64,000 nucleotides of DNA from Eledone cirrhosa (lineage: Eukaryota): positions 343,914,001 through 343,978,000 of the forward strand of contig OZ024740.1 in the NCBI GenBank assembly GCA_964016885.1, read 5' to 3'. A program made the position numbers and the translations under genes. This document shows, in pieces, positions 28,702 to 42,326 of this stretch. How positions within the stretch are numbered: position 1 is the first letter of the stretch; each line of letters starts with the position of its first letter. Below the pieces are notes generated by a model. The model was not told the DNA's origin. It worked only from the letters and a program-made list of their open reading frames with translations, and ran no database searches.

Positions 28702-30119
28702 TTATTTATATATATATACATTTATATTTATACATATTCTTCAGTGTATCCATATGTGTACATGACCTCTACAACGCAATTCTTCTCTAGTGTGTCGTTA
28801 GAAAGAATTTGGTTTTCACTATGTTGGCAGTTTTACGGTGCTGTGCTATCCAGTGCTCTCTTTATTGGTGGGTCTTCTTTTTTTACTAATTCATCTTTTT
28901 ACCAGTCCTTGAACATCTCACTTTTTTTTTGTTCTTCAATCTATAACATTTTTCTTTCTTATATGCTCACACGAAGACAAGCGGGAATATTACCTACACT
29001 ATTTTTTTGTCTTTTGGCGTTGGTTGTGAAAGGACTTCATGCCGGGTGTCATTTGTAAGTCAAGAGACATCATGAAGGATAGATTTTATTTATAAGTCAT
29101 TCACATTTTTCGTTGACTTTTCATTTATATTTTCTATGACAAAATATCTCTCTGCGATATTTCGGAATATTTCATACTGATTGGCAAATCGGGTATTGGA
29201 ATTATTTACATTCCTAATCTAACTCGCATATAAGGAACGGGGGTGAGAACACGAAAAAACTATATAATCATATATTTTTTCGTTAAGCAATGAAATCTAT
29301 TCTTTCACTTTTTCCTTTTACAATATATATTTTTAGTGTTAGTTATCTTAATTGAGTAGTAATATTTCTGTTAGAAATGTTACTCATTAATCTCAATTTG
29401 ATTTCAAGACATTTGGTAAGCAGACATAAAGAGATGAGAATATGTTGTTGAGGTGTTTATATAATTTTGTTATCCACAACTGAATGAATATCTTTCACAC
29501 ATAACATTCTGAAATATCGCATATATGTATATATCCCCCCCCCCCCCCATATATATATATGGTAAATCAAGCTTTTTTTTAGGATTATGCCATTTAACTA
29601 TACATTTTCTATATCTCGTGTTGGTTACTAAGATATATAGTGAGAAGTGCACTAGTAGCAGAAGAGTAAATACATACAAGACCTATACATACATTTATTA
29701 AGCCCCATGAAAGACATAAAGAGCTAAAGTGCAATGAAACGGGATTTAAATGAAAATATTTAATAGAATCGGATCCAGTTTAAACAAAGAAGCAATAACT
29801 ATTGCCATCACACATATGCGTTATACATTGTGAAATGTTGACGAAGATAATGGAATTAAAGAAAGAGGAGATCAGAATCGAGATGGGAGTAAAGAAGAAA
29901 CCACGAAGAAGCAACATAACGAATAACAGAGTAACTGATATAACATACTTCATTTGGCGAAAGTGATTAGGAACAAAAGATCAGTTAGTCACACATACAC
30001 TCACTCAGAATTTCACACACGCACCCCACCACAAATATATATCTATATACATACAGAGAGAGAGAAAGAGAGATAGATAGAGAGAGAGAGACACACACAC
30101 ACACACACACACACCCACC

Positions 30120-30164
<45 letters not shown>

Positions 30165-30372
30165 ATATATACATATATGACGGCGATGAATTTGTTTTGC
30201 GAGGTTTTTGATATGTAATCGTGTGTCGAAACAATTATTGCTATACTTGGGGAGATATAAAAGATACAGAAGCGAAAACCAAACAAACAGTGAGTGTGTT
30301 CTGTTATTATTTCTGGCAATATTATTACAACAATATGACCCTCCCCAAGTATAACAATATATATATTATATA

Positions 30373-30502
30373 TAGAAGTGGTTACACAACAGTTTGTTCA
30401 CGATACCGAAAACAATTGTTTCACCTTAGCGGAGCTGAGGATCCGCTAAGATGAAACAATTGTTCTCGGTATGGTGAACTAACTGTTGTGTAACCACTTT
30501 TA
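30373..30502. repeat. Foldback palindrome turning inside an HHR
   Basis: CTTAGCGGA gctgagga TCCGCTAAG; GAG-CTGAGGA..GAAA-CAATTG-TT-CTC. Confidence 0.8.
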
Positions 30503-30651
30503 CCTAACTTGTCCCATGGACTGAGTGCTCTACCACTACGGATATTACCTTCCAGTGTTCTACCACTATATATTATATCATCATCATCATCACCGTTTTA
30601 CGTCCGTTCTTCCCCGCTAGCATGGGTTAGATGGTATGATATATATATATG

Positions 30652-30732
<81 letters not shown>

Positions 30733-30734
<2 letters not shown>

Positions 30735-31161
30735 GGAGGTGAGTTTTATTGTAGTACAATAAAGCAATGCAGATATCGGATAAGAAGCACTCTACAGTTT
30801 GTAGGACTGGAGTATGCATAATATAAGATCAAAAGATGGTTAAAGGAGTTCCATGTATTTTATTATGCGCATTTCAAAAACAAACATCATCATGCAATAA
30901 TATTTGTGTTTTCATCAGATAAAACAGGAGAACATGATATGAAGGCTAAAAAACACTTGTGGATAGTGCAGTTTTAAATCAACATATCATGATATGTTCA
31001 TTTAAAACTGCACTATCCACAAGTGTTTTTTAGCCTTCATATCATGTTCTCCTGTTTTATCTGATGAAAACACAAATATTATTGCATGATGATGTTTGTT
31101 TTTGAAATGCGCATAATAAAATACATGGAACTCCTTTAACCATCTTTTGATCTTATATTAT
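30733..31161. mobile_element. pLTR palindrome (30818-31161) plus one-sided tail, TA-flanked
   Basis: Centre AACATATCA|TGATATGTT at 30989/30990; arms nearly identical. Confidence 0.9.
31053..31123 (+). ncRNA. Type I hammerhead, canonical (mirror copy 30856-30926 on minus)
   Basis: TTTTAT-CTGATGA(31061)-AAACACAAATAT..ATGTTTGTTTTT-GAAA(31104)-TGCGCA-TA-ATAAAA. Confidence 0.85.
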
Positions 31162-31167
31162 ATATAT

Positions 31168-31273
<106 letters not shown>

Positions 31274-31381
31274 AAATTTTATAATAATAAATATTATAAT
31301 AAATTTGAAGACTAAAATCCAAAGAGGGCTCGATAAGCATAAATATATATCAAATATATAAGAACCGTAGAGCAAATGTAT

Positions 31382-31448
<67 letters not shown>

Positions 31449-31560
31449 TATATATATATATATATATAAATAAATATACATATGTTATATATATATATAC
31501 ACATGTACATATATATACATATATAGATATATATGTGTGTATGTATATATATATATATAT

Positions 31561-32635
31561 ACAAATATATTACACAAAAAGAAGTGTGTTACACAGTGAG
31601 ATGTGTGTAAAGAATTATTACAAGTGAGTTTAACCGTTACTGTATAGAGAACAATATCTACAGGTTAGCAATTAAATAGAAACAAACTAAGTCAGAATTA
31701 AATCTCTGAAGTAGAGTTTTAAATTACCAACCTTATAACTATAAGTTTGGTGATACGAATCTAGTTCGTTACACCACAGAAATGTTCAGTTTAACAGCCC
31801 ACAGGTTACTCAGTCAGCAAATGTGGATTCTCTTCACGACACATCTAACCTCATGGATAGAGAGAAAGCTAATATACACGCTGCCCAGAGTAGGGCGAAA
31901 TCACGTGTTATTTGCAGCAAATAACGGCTCTCATGGATTGGGCAAAATGCTGTAGAGCGCTGTCCAACCATTCGAATTTATTAGCTCAACAATTTGGAGC
32001 TCGCTAAGTATACGAGGATCGGAAATAGGATTATTTGGCAGTTCACAGTAATAATAATAATATTAACTCAAAGAAGAATAGAGAATTTTCTTCTGAGCTC
32101 AAATACAAATATATTACACAAAGAGAAGTGTGTTACACAGTGAGATGTGTGTAAAGAATTATTACAAGTGAGTTTAACTGTTACTGTATGGAGAACAATA
32201 TCTACAGGTTAGCAATTAAATAGAAACAAACTAAGTCAGAATTAAATCTCTGAAGTAGAGTTTTAAATTACCAACCTTATAACTATAAGTTTGGTGATAC
32301 GAATCTAGTTCGTTTCGCCACAGAAGTGTGCAGTTTAACAGCCCACCGGTTACTCAGTCAGCAAATGTGGATTCTCTTCACGACACATCTAACCTCATGG
32401 ATAGAGAGAAAGCTAATATACACGCTGCCCAGAGTAAGGCGAAATCAGGTGTTATTTGCATCAAATAACGGCTATCATGGATTGGGGAAAATGCTAGAGA
32501 GTGCAGCCCAACCATTCGAATTTATTAGCTCAACAATTTAGAGCTCGTTAAGTATACGAGGATCGGAATTAAGAGTATTCCGCAGTTCACAGTAATAATA
32601 ATAATATTAGCTCAAAGAAGAATAGAGAATTTTCT
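31561..32635. repeat. Tandem direct duplication, period 544 bp, TA-flanked
   Basis: 31561-32091 matches 32105-32635 with scattered substitutions. Confidence 0.92.
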
Positions 32636-32759
32636 ATTTATGTATATATATATATACATGTACATATATATACATATATAGATATATATGTATATATATA
32701 TACATATATACATAAATACACATATACATATCTAAATATATTTATATATATCTAAAATA

Positions 32760-32856
<97 letters not shown>

Positions 32857-32989
32857 ACATGTATGTATGCGTGTGTCATGTGGTGTGAATCATCAGCTTT
32901 GATTAGATAAATAAACCTTAAAACATATATCGATTAATTTTTTTCGCGCTTTTATAATTAAAATGTCATACACACTCACACACACATGA

Positions 32990-33133
<144 letters not shown>

Positions 33134-33174
33134 ATACATATGTATATATGTATTTATACACACACACACACACA

Positions 33175-33276
<102 letters not shown>

Positions 33277-33940
33277 CCAGAATCATCTGATATAATCACA
33301 CCGTTGAATACCCACAGTGAAACTTGTTTATGTTCCTCATTCAAAAACCCATTGTACACCCATGTACACCAATATTATGAATCAAAACGTTAGCTCTACT
33401 GCTAATTAATAACAATTAATAACGATTCGCCAAGTCTGTAGTGTATGCAAAGTTACATCTTCTTTAATGTATCATTCTATACATGCCATAACATATTTTG
33501 TATCAGTATCAATTGTGTAAACGGAAGTGATGGATAGGTATTCTGAAATGGTAGTCTTTAGCGATGTCCCTTGGCTAATAAGGTAGGTGTGACATCAGCC
33601 AAGTTAAAATACCCACAGCGAGAAATCAGATATATGAAAAGAAAGAAAATTTAAATATAGACTGTGTACAAGAAATGTTTGATGAATAAACACATTTGTA
33701 GATTTAAAGGGGGAGAAGAAAAATAAAATAAGTAGTAAATAACATACATAATTAAAAAGCACTCGTAGTACAGAACTACAAGGAAACAATGAACAGGTAT
33801 GAAAACAAAGCACTGCACTTTTTTCGAAATCAAAGTAACATACTTATATATATATAGCTGTTGAATATGTATATATATATATATATATATATATGTAAAT
33901 AAATTAGACAATTATGAAAGTTGTGTTCAAATCATTTAAT

Positions 33941-33987
33941 AGCTGACAATCGTTTCTTCCAAACTCTCATTTGGAATCATCGGAGCA
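33941..33987 (-). ncRNA. Type I hammerhead, CCGATGA core
   Basis: Minus strand: GCT-CCGATGA-TTCCAAA tgagag TTTGGAA-GAAA-CGATTG-TC-AGC. Confidence 0.75.
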
Positions 33988-34712
33988 TTATCAATATTTG
34001 TACATGTAATTAACCTCCTATTCAACTGAACAATAATATAGATACATATATATTGATGTTGTGTGTAACAGTTTCGTATTTACAGGGTGGAATGGATGTG
34101 ACATATATTTTACGAGAATTGTACAAAAATTCAAATTCAAATTAAAAGCACAGAGTGGAATGCATGCAACAGATAATACAAGAGCATAGTCTAATAATTA
34201 AAGAGGGATTGAGAAAGGAGCTTTGAGAAAGAAAGAGTTCATTAGTAATACATATGCAAGCATGTAGAAAGTGGACATGCGTTAGTCATATATATGAGAA
34301 GGAAATAAGCAAAGTTATTATGCATATATAGATAAATAAATACTGTATTTTAAGCAAATATGTAATGTATTAAAATCTATGGCGGACGTAGTATTATGAT
34401 AGTGTTTGAATTTGTGTGTGTTGAGAAGAACAAAGTTATTGCAGTCTCTTCTATTACATATGTTGAATTATATTTTAGTTAACGTTTATATTGAATGTTT
34501 TAAGTTAGTTAAACAATGGATTGTAAATTAGTCGTATTGTATTCTTATTCATGGACTATAGTTGTTCAACAGGTAGGTTTTGCAATGGTTAATTTCCGGA
34601 AGTGAGTAAGGGGAGCTCATGCGTAAGGGGAGGTAACTAGCTAATTAAATTCAGTTATTCAAAATCTTTGCTCTAATACACATTATAATGTGATACAATT
34701 GGATCTCTATTA

Positions 34713-34901
34713 AATAATTGTTTCTACTTTTGGCACAGGGCCAGCAATTACCCAGTGCATTGCTGGTACTTTATTTTATCGACCCCGTAAGGATGAAAGG
34801 CAAAGTTAACCTCGGCGGGATTTGAACTAGGAATGGCAAGGGCCGTAACTCTATGCGTCAAAGCATGTCGTTAGACCCTCTACCGATACTGCCAATCCAC
34901 C
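34713..34901 (-). mobile_element. SINE
   Basis: Same subfamily as 346-537; TSD ATCTCTATTAnATAATT. Confidence 0.9.
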
Positions 34902-35461
34902 ATGAATCTCTATTACATAATTCTATACATTTATACTTGATTTTAAATACAGTGTATTTTATTATAATACATTAAAGGTCCCTTTAGATTGTTATCTATT
35001 CATTACTGGACAAGATATATGTTATGGAAAATTGTATAGCTGTTTATATATCCAAATAGATATATCATTTGTGTAATAATATACATTATTGTTTAAAATT
35101 AATCCCTTATATACAATTCTATTACATTATATATTTAATTATAAATGTATATATACTTTATTATTATTATATACATGTTATTAATTATTTAATTATATAA
35201 ATGTATATATAGTTTATTATTACATATTACATTAAATGTCACTTCATATTAACTATCCATTACTGTATATATATTAGTTATACCTAAAGGTGATAACTTT
35301 ATATTTAATTCTAACAGTTATTGCAGAGTATAAGGCTAGAGATACATAGGAGTTGTGTAGAGGAAAGAGCTGATCAAAGAGTGTGTAGCTGTGTGGGATG
35401 ATAAGTCCTAGATGCGAAGTGTTAATGGTGGTGGAGAATTCAAATCTGACATTACTATATA

Positions 35462-35845
35462 CTAACAGCTAGGTTTAAAGTTATGGAACGAGTGACGGTA
35501 TCGGTGTTGGCACGAGGAAAATGTTTCTGACTTTCTATTAAGGAGGTTTAGTTTCGAAAAGATTATAGTATGGGTTTCTAGAAGACAGAGATTACACAAT
35601 TTATTCGGTGGTATATACGATGGTGCCCTACCTACTACTCCCCATTGCAGTGTAAATAGTCTATTCCTAGTTTTCAGAGAGTGTACGTAGCTAGATAAAG
35701 AGTTGGAGTTGGCTAGATTGTGTTTTTTGAAAGAGTGGAGGTGCGAGTTGTATCTCGTCTTGAAGCTGTTCGAAGTAGAGCCGATATATGTTTTAGAAGA
35801 GTTGTTTGCGTTGACGGTGTATGAGTAGATGATGTCTTTGGTTAT
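35462..35845 (-). pseudogene. GIY-YIG endonuclease fragment
   Basis: IIYSY..YIGSTSNSFKTRYNSH..CNLCLLE..CQH. Confidence 0.88.
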
Positions 35846-36112
35846 ATATATATATATATATATAGGCATTAGAGGTGCAAATTTATTGCCTCCATTGGGG
35901 TATGGCATGATGAGCACTCGATGCTCGTGTGGGGCAGAATATCAATAATAACCACTCTTAGGTGCGAGTCTACATGTGAACACATATCTGAGGAGCTGCC
36001 GATTCCAGAGTCAGGATCGATCATTAATCAATCGTTCCCCGAGCTTATTGGCAGTGAAACATATGTAATATATAATTAAATATGTATATGATGCAACACT
36101 GATTCTTTGTTC

Positions 36113-36159
<47 letters not shown>

Positions 36160-36160
<1 letters not shown>

Positions 36161-36445
36161 CCACTTCTGTCACGAATGACTATGGGTTTGCTCCTGGAAA
36201 TTTCCTCTACAAGGCAAAAGCTTGAGCAAGACGTGACTGTGTAAAACCAACAGTCACCCATGCATACAAGTCTCCTCTCTCCACACAAAAGGTATTTTCC
36301 AAAATGATGCCAACAGTCGATACAGCTTGGAACTAGGGGCGCCGCAATTCGTTTCAGGTGAGGGAATTGGAAAAACATGAAATAAAGTGTTTTTCTCAAG
36401 AACACAACGCACCTACCGGTCCGGGATTTGAAGTGTAAACTTTAT
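36160..36445 (-). mobile_element. Degenerate SINE of a second family (CORE/V-like centre)
   Basis: Minus strand TTCAAATCCCGG then GCGTTGTGTTCTTGAGAAAACACTT. Confidence 0.5.
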
Positions 36446-36641
36446 GATTAAACCAGTATTAAGCTAGTAAGGCCATTCATCTGCATCTCCCCATACATCG
36501 AGTACTCCCATTATTAGAGGTCTCGTCGGTCTCAGCACCGCAGTCTCTATATACAATATGCGTACACACAAATATACATGCTTATGAATATATATACATA
36601 GATATATAGACACATGCGCACAGACACGCATACACTTATAT

Positions 36642-36673
<32 letters not shown>

Positions 36674-36695
36674 TTCTTTATTGAATATATATTGA

Positions 36696-36777
<82 letters not shown>

Positions 36778-37268
36778 AAATTTAAGAAAAAATATATTAA
36801 CAAATAAGTAGCTCAAACATATAATATAAATATCATGATCATCATCTGCAATAACTACTGGCAATATAAAAATGGAGGTAATGGCGCCGACGACAACGAC
36901 ATCAACAAGAACGTCAAACCAAACCCTTACACGCGACATTGTTGATTTGAGGAGCTCTTTTCAGAAAGACTCATTATTATTTCATCATAATATCCAACAG
37001 TGAAGAAGAAGAATATGGTCTATTTGTTAGAAGGCAGCGTGTGGTGTTGCAGGTGGAAGAATTTTAAACGGCAAACTACATTTGGCTGAAACTTTCTTTC
37101 TCCCTTTAGTTCGCTTTCAAATTCTCGTTATTTATCATCAACGAATTAAATCAGCTGTTAACACGTTGAAATTTCATCTCAACTAAACTGCAAGACAATA
37201 TATATATATATATATATATCTGTGTGTATTTATACAATAAATGCATATATATGTACAGTATATTTACA

Positions 37269-37334
<66 letters not shown>

Positions 37335-37339
<5 letters not shown>

Positions 37340-38440
37340 TATTATTTAAATCTTTCATTTTGGATATGTAGTCCTAATGGGATTCTGAAAGTAGCTCAAA
37401 GCTGGTGATTCATCCCTAAAGGTAATATTAAAATAAAATTATATATACTTTACAGGCATGGGGTACTTTATTGAACTGGAACATCTTTAGTTATATGACT
37501 GAGAATTTCGTACGTATATATTGAGCATACATATAAATATACACATATTTACAGATACATGACCACATCTCTATGTACAAAAGGGAAGCTCTGTTTGTAT
37601 CTTTGTTACTTTTAGATACTGAAATAGTTGACAACATAAATCTTAAAGTAACTTTATAATAATCACATTTTCACAAAAATATTAGCTTTGTTATTTATTT
37701 TGTATTTAGTGTAGTATTTAATGATTACTGCATTTTTTTATGTAACGAATACATTCACAATGCCATTACTCTTTAAATTATCTCCCTTGTCCTGGGAAAG
37801 TTAAAACAAGTATTTACCAAGTACATTTATGTAGATCCATCAAATATAAAATCTCATTTTTCAATGGTATAATAAGCATACGTAGTTATTTTTTTCTGCT
37901 AACAATCGAATTCTATGTGTTCCGAACTGAATTCATGGATTTCCAAGCCATACTGAAAGACGTTTTAGAAAAATGTGAAAATCTTTTTGATATAGGGCAT
38001 GTTTTAATAAATGTTCAAATCCATTCTAGCAAAAAATACAATGCCATACCTTTATATGAAAGTTTTCTCTCGTGTATTTGATTTTAATAATTCTAATGCA
38101 ATTGGGTAGCTATGATAAATGTATATGTCAATAATGACAACATCATACTGGATGTTTTACAGGGTTTAACCAGTACTGTACTGTCTGAAACATCATATTT
38201 TTCACATTCGAACTTTCTGTTTCTTTGTACTAGTTGATTTAATCTTTTGATAAACACTTAATTTAAATAAATATATACATGAAAACGTTTTTGAACTGTC
38301 AATATATATCCATTACAAAGATAATGTGTATATTGTGTTTCAAATATTTTATTTCGGCTGAAATGTCAATATTCTATTATATGAAATTATCCACCGACTA
38401 TCTCATTATTTTCCCGAGCAACATCGGGTATTACTGCTAG
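37335..38440 (+). mobile_element. Candidate non-autonomous Helitron
   Basis: 3' hairpin CCCGA-gcaaca-TCGGG followed by CTAG|T at 38437-38441; 5' boundary uncertain. Confidence 0.45.
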
Positions 38441-38498
38441 TTTATTTGTAAATCATTTTATTTATAGTACTTGCAACTATGCTCTGTGATTTGAATGA

Positions 38499-38499
<1 letters not shown>

Positions 38500-38578
<79 letters not shown>

Positions 38579-38582
38579 CGCC

Positions 38583-38660
<78 letters not shown>
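38500..38660. repeat. (TAC)n/(CAC)n microsatellite
   Basis: Direct inspection. Confidence 0.95.
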
Positions 38661-38661
<1 letters not shown>

Positions 38662-39030
38662 GAAGAACCTGTTAATATTATAGTGTTTGGGCTCAGTCGA
38701 CTATATCAATTTTCCTCCAGTAAGTTAAAACCAACAATCAAACAAGCAAACAAAAAAGAAATGTCAAATTGTGCCTATATAAATTGATTTTCATGCTATG
38801 TTTGTTGTTATCGCTATTTTTAGATTGGGTGGCAACGATATGCTACAGTGAGTTGTTTAAGATACAATTTCGCGACCTATTTTCTAGGAAAAGCCTTTAA
38901 TTGTTAAAGATCTGTGAATCGCAAAGTTTCTTGTAAAATAATCATTCATTTCATGTAAAAATTATTTAATACATGGAGTATTAACATGCCATAACTATGC
39001 AGTGAGGAAAGAAAAATATATCTTAATTTG

Positions 39031-39120
39031 TTGGCAAGCATTAAATGCATAGCGTCGGACAACATGTTTGTCAGCATAGAGTTACGGCCCCTTACTTTAT
39101 GTGTTCAAATGCTGCCGATT
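39031..39120 (+). mobile_element. Old SINE 5' half (interrupted by PLE)
   Basis: GTCGGAC..GCATAGAGTTACGGCCCCTT..GTTCAAAT. Confidence 0.65.
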
Positions 39121-39161
39121 TTACTAACTACCACTCTTATATATATATATATATATATATA

Positions 39162-40285
39162 TTTCGTTTCTGAATTTGTTTAGCAAGATTCTTTATCTGA
39201 AATCGTGTGTTGAAACCGATATTGTTATACTTTGGGAGGGTCATGTTGCCAAATAATGACATAAATGGGACCTGCCCCTTGTATAGGAGCAAATTTTGGA
39301 ATAGAATAGAAAGAACTAGGAACAAAGCTAATAGAATAAACTCATGGTATGATAGCAATAAATACCAGAGTATAATGTTCATCGATACAACCCCTAGAGG
39401 TGAATTAGCTTACAAATTTAGAAGGGCCCTAAATAAACATAAACTCAATATTAAGATAGTAGAAAGACCAGGTACCTCCGTAAAAACACTCATTAGCAAG
39501 ACATACCCTTTTCAAAGACCCCCCTGTATAGATAAGAAATGTATAACCTGTAAAATAAGCCCCCATATTAACTGTAAAACTAGAAATGTAGTGTATAGCA
39601 TAAGATGTACCGAAGGACAATGTAGAGACAAAAATATAGTGTACATAGGTGAGACAGCTCGTAGTGTAGGGGAACGGATAAATGAACACTGGCGAGACCT
39701 TCAAGATAGTAAAGAATCATCTGTACTCTACCAACATGCTAAAATAGAACACAAGGGTAAATTAGAGAACATAGAAATAAAAATAGAATCTACACACAGA
39801 AAAGACGCAATGTTTAGACAAATCACAGAGGCAATAAACATAAAAGAATTACAACCAAAATTAAATAGAAAATATGAGTGGAACAGCAACATCACAACTT
39901 ACAATTAAGGACAAAATGAAAACACACACACACATAGAACAAACAATCAACCAGTAACATGTAAATAAACAAATAAATAAATGAACATAAACACACACAG
40001 ACACCCGGATGTGGCGCATGCGCAGACTGAGCACACAACACACACACAGAAACAAAATGGCGTAGGACAGAACAAAGGAGAGGCACAGAAACAAAGAAAG
40101 GAATCCCCAGTCACTGAAGAGGTCACAGAGTGTGAGACGAAAGAACTATGACAATATATAAACAACTATCTGGTTGTGGAACCAACCAACCAACCAGAAA
40201 TTTATAAATTTATTATAATAAATTGAAGTGAAAGCAACTGGTGCGTGTGTTTCTTATTGGCAACATGACCCTCCCAAAGTATAAC
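39162..40285 (+). mobile_element. 5'-truncated PLE with inverted pLTR piece; HHR 40110-40152
   Basis: 39162-39252 is the reverse complement of the pLTR end; GTCA-CTGAAGA-GGTC..GAC-GAAAGAACTA-TGAC. Confidence 0.85.
39253..39908 (+). pseudogene. PLE Cys-linker + GIY-YIG endonuclease fragment
   Basis: C..KCITC..CKTRNVVYSIRC..YIGETARSVGERINEH..RQITEAINI..LN. Confidence 0.9.
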
Positions 40286-40397
40286 ATCCTTACCGGGTTG
40301 AAAAAATAAAGAACCAGTAACGAACTGATGTCGATTTAATCGACTTTCCCCCCCACAACAAATTGCTGTCATTGTGCCTAAATCAGAAACCATTATT
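40285..40397 (+). mobile_element. Old SINE 3' half
   Basis: CATCCTTACCGGGTTGAAAAAATAAAGAACCAGTAA..TGTGCCTAAATCAGAAACCATTATT. Confidence 0.7.
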
Positions 40398-40470
40398 AAC
40401 ACTACAGCCTCTACTCATAGCACGATCTATACATCTTCCATGAATACTATTATCAGTTCTTACCTCTACT

Positions 40471-40555
40471 AATAATTGTTTCTACTTTAGGCACAAGGCC
40501 AGCAATTACCCAGTGCATTACTGGTACTTTATTTTATCGACCCCGTAAGGATGAA
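40471..40555 (-). mobile_element. SINE 3' fragment
   Basis: Core and tail match consensus. Confidence 0.85.
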
Positions 40556-41683
40556 TATTCTTCATTTTATTTGTTAAAATAGTGATGAATGAATCACTAA
40601 GCAAATGGCAGTGAGTATATATTGGTTGGCAAACGAAAATACATAATTCTGTGACGCCATCTCTATAGCAAACAATGACCTGAATCTCGCCATTAAGCTA
40701 TTTTATAATTTTCTCTTCTTTATCATATCAATTTCCTATAATTCTTGCTGTAGGTTTTGTGAAGTCCCCGTTGGATTTATACAAGCCAAGTGGAAGCCAC
40801 ATATGAAACTAACCAACTCACAGGATATGTGATGCGTTTATTTATGAAGACTTCTGTAATTATTCGGCAAATTGTTGTTGTTTCATTCCAAGTGAAGTCT
40901 GATAAAACAGACCTATGCTACAAAATGTTCCAGCTATCTATTACTCGTCTAAATTTTAGATATTAAGAATCGATGATGAAATTATGAAATATGTTTTTAA
41001 GACGATAAGGTGTGATTTGTGGATTACTTAGATGATATTTCCAGAAGGTCGAATGATCACTTCGATTCTCTCTCAGCAATCTTGTTCGTGGCGAATGATA
41101 TTCTCGGAGATAATATTTAGTTCAGTTAATTCCATCATATACAACCTTTATTCTTTGAATGTTCCCTATTTCATCTGTTTAGTGTCTCTTTTTAATCAAG
41201 GAGAATAAAAGAATGTGTAGAGTAATAAGTAAAATGCCTTGCAGTAACTAATTATTAGTTTCCTGAAGAACTTAAATATTTCCAAAACCATACATGGTAA
41301 TTGAATCAAAGATATGTAACAGATAAATCTCTCTTAAATTATACCCCACTTTCTTAAATTAATGGAAAAACTAAATATTGAACCAAAGCGGAAAATGAAA
41401 GTACGGAATGATTATGCTGTATAATTTCACCTTTTCGAGTTCACCGACCGGATACAGAAAAGCGAAGCAACAGGATTTATTACGTTTTCCGTTCTTAATA
41501 ATCACATACACACACACACATAAACACACATATATACACATGTGAGTATGTTGTGTGTATAAATATGAATATATCTTTATATGTGTTCATATATATAGGT
41601 AGTGTTTTTATATTCACTTATATTAAGGCTAAAAGGTGAGTTTTGTTACTAGCCTTAAATTAAACGAATATATATATATATAA

Positions 41684-42101
41684 GTAGAAGGGGTATTTAA
41701 TTTGTTGGAAGTCCGACAAATATAAATGTTTATAACTGATTTACAGCACTCAACAATGAACTGGAGTAAATATTCAATGATATTAAATAAATAGAAACTA
41801 TATTTATAAAACCATATTTATTTTATTATATATATTTCAAGGGTACCAAGACACATTGCTACGCTTTTATCAGATAAAATACAAAGTTTGTTTTATAAAT
41901 TCACTGGATATTTACTGCATAGACTATCCAGTGAATATCCAACCGATAAGGTATGATTTTCATAGGTATGTCTCTATTTATAAAACAAAATTTGTATTTT
42001 ATCTGATGAAAGCCTACCAATGTGTCTTGGTACCCTTGAAATATATATAATAAAATAAATATGGATTCATAAATATAGTTTCTATTTATTTAATATCATT
42101 G
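41684..42101. mobile_element. pLTR inverted pair (41775-41900 / 41976-42101) plus tail, related to the 5244-9472 family
   Basis: Shares GAAACTATATTTATAAAACCATATTTA; TA-flanked. Confidence 0.85.
41995..42057 (+). ncRNA. Type I hammerhead, canonical core
   Basis: TTTTAT-CTGATGA(42003)-AAGCCTACCAA..TTGGTACCCTT-GAAA-TATATA-TA-ATAAAA; mirror arm mutated to CTGATAA. Confidence 0.8.
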
Positions 42102-42251
42102 TATATATACATATATAAAACCCTCCATTTTACTTTTGAAAAGCGTAAGAACTGGGAAACCTGTAATGGAAATAAATAAATATTCTCAAAAAGACTCCAG
42201 TTGCATTTTCGATTTCTTTTCCTCATACTTTCACCCGTGTAGGATATCTCG

Positions 42252-42326
<75 letters not shown>

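Larger units (their letters stand above)
33897..35845 (-). mobile_element. 5'-truncated Naiad-like PLE: GIY-YIG C-terminus, AT-rich 3' UTR, pLTR
   Basis: GIY-YIG fragment and HHR on the same strand, (TA)n at both ends; continuity of the middle is inferred. Confidence 0.7.

Noticed and set aside
36946-37090. Possible minus-strand exon ending at GTAAG (MSLSEKSSSNQQCR)
   Set aside because: Short, no recognisable homology, and could arise by chance
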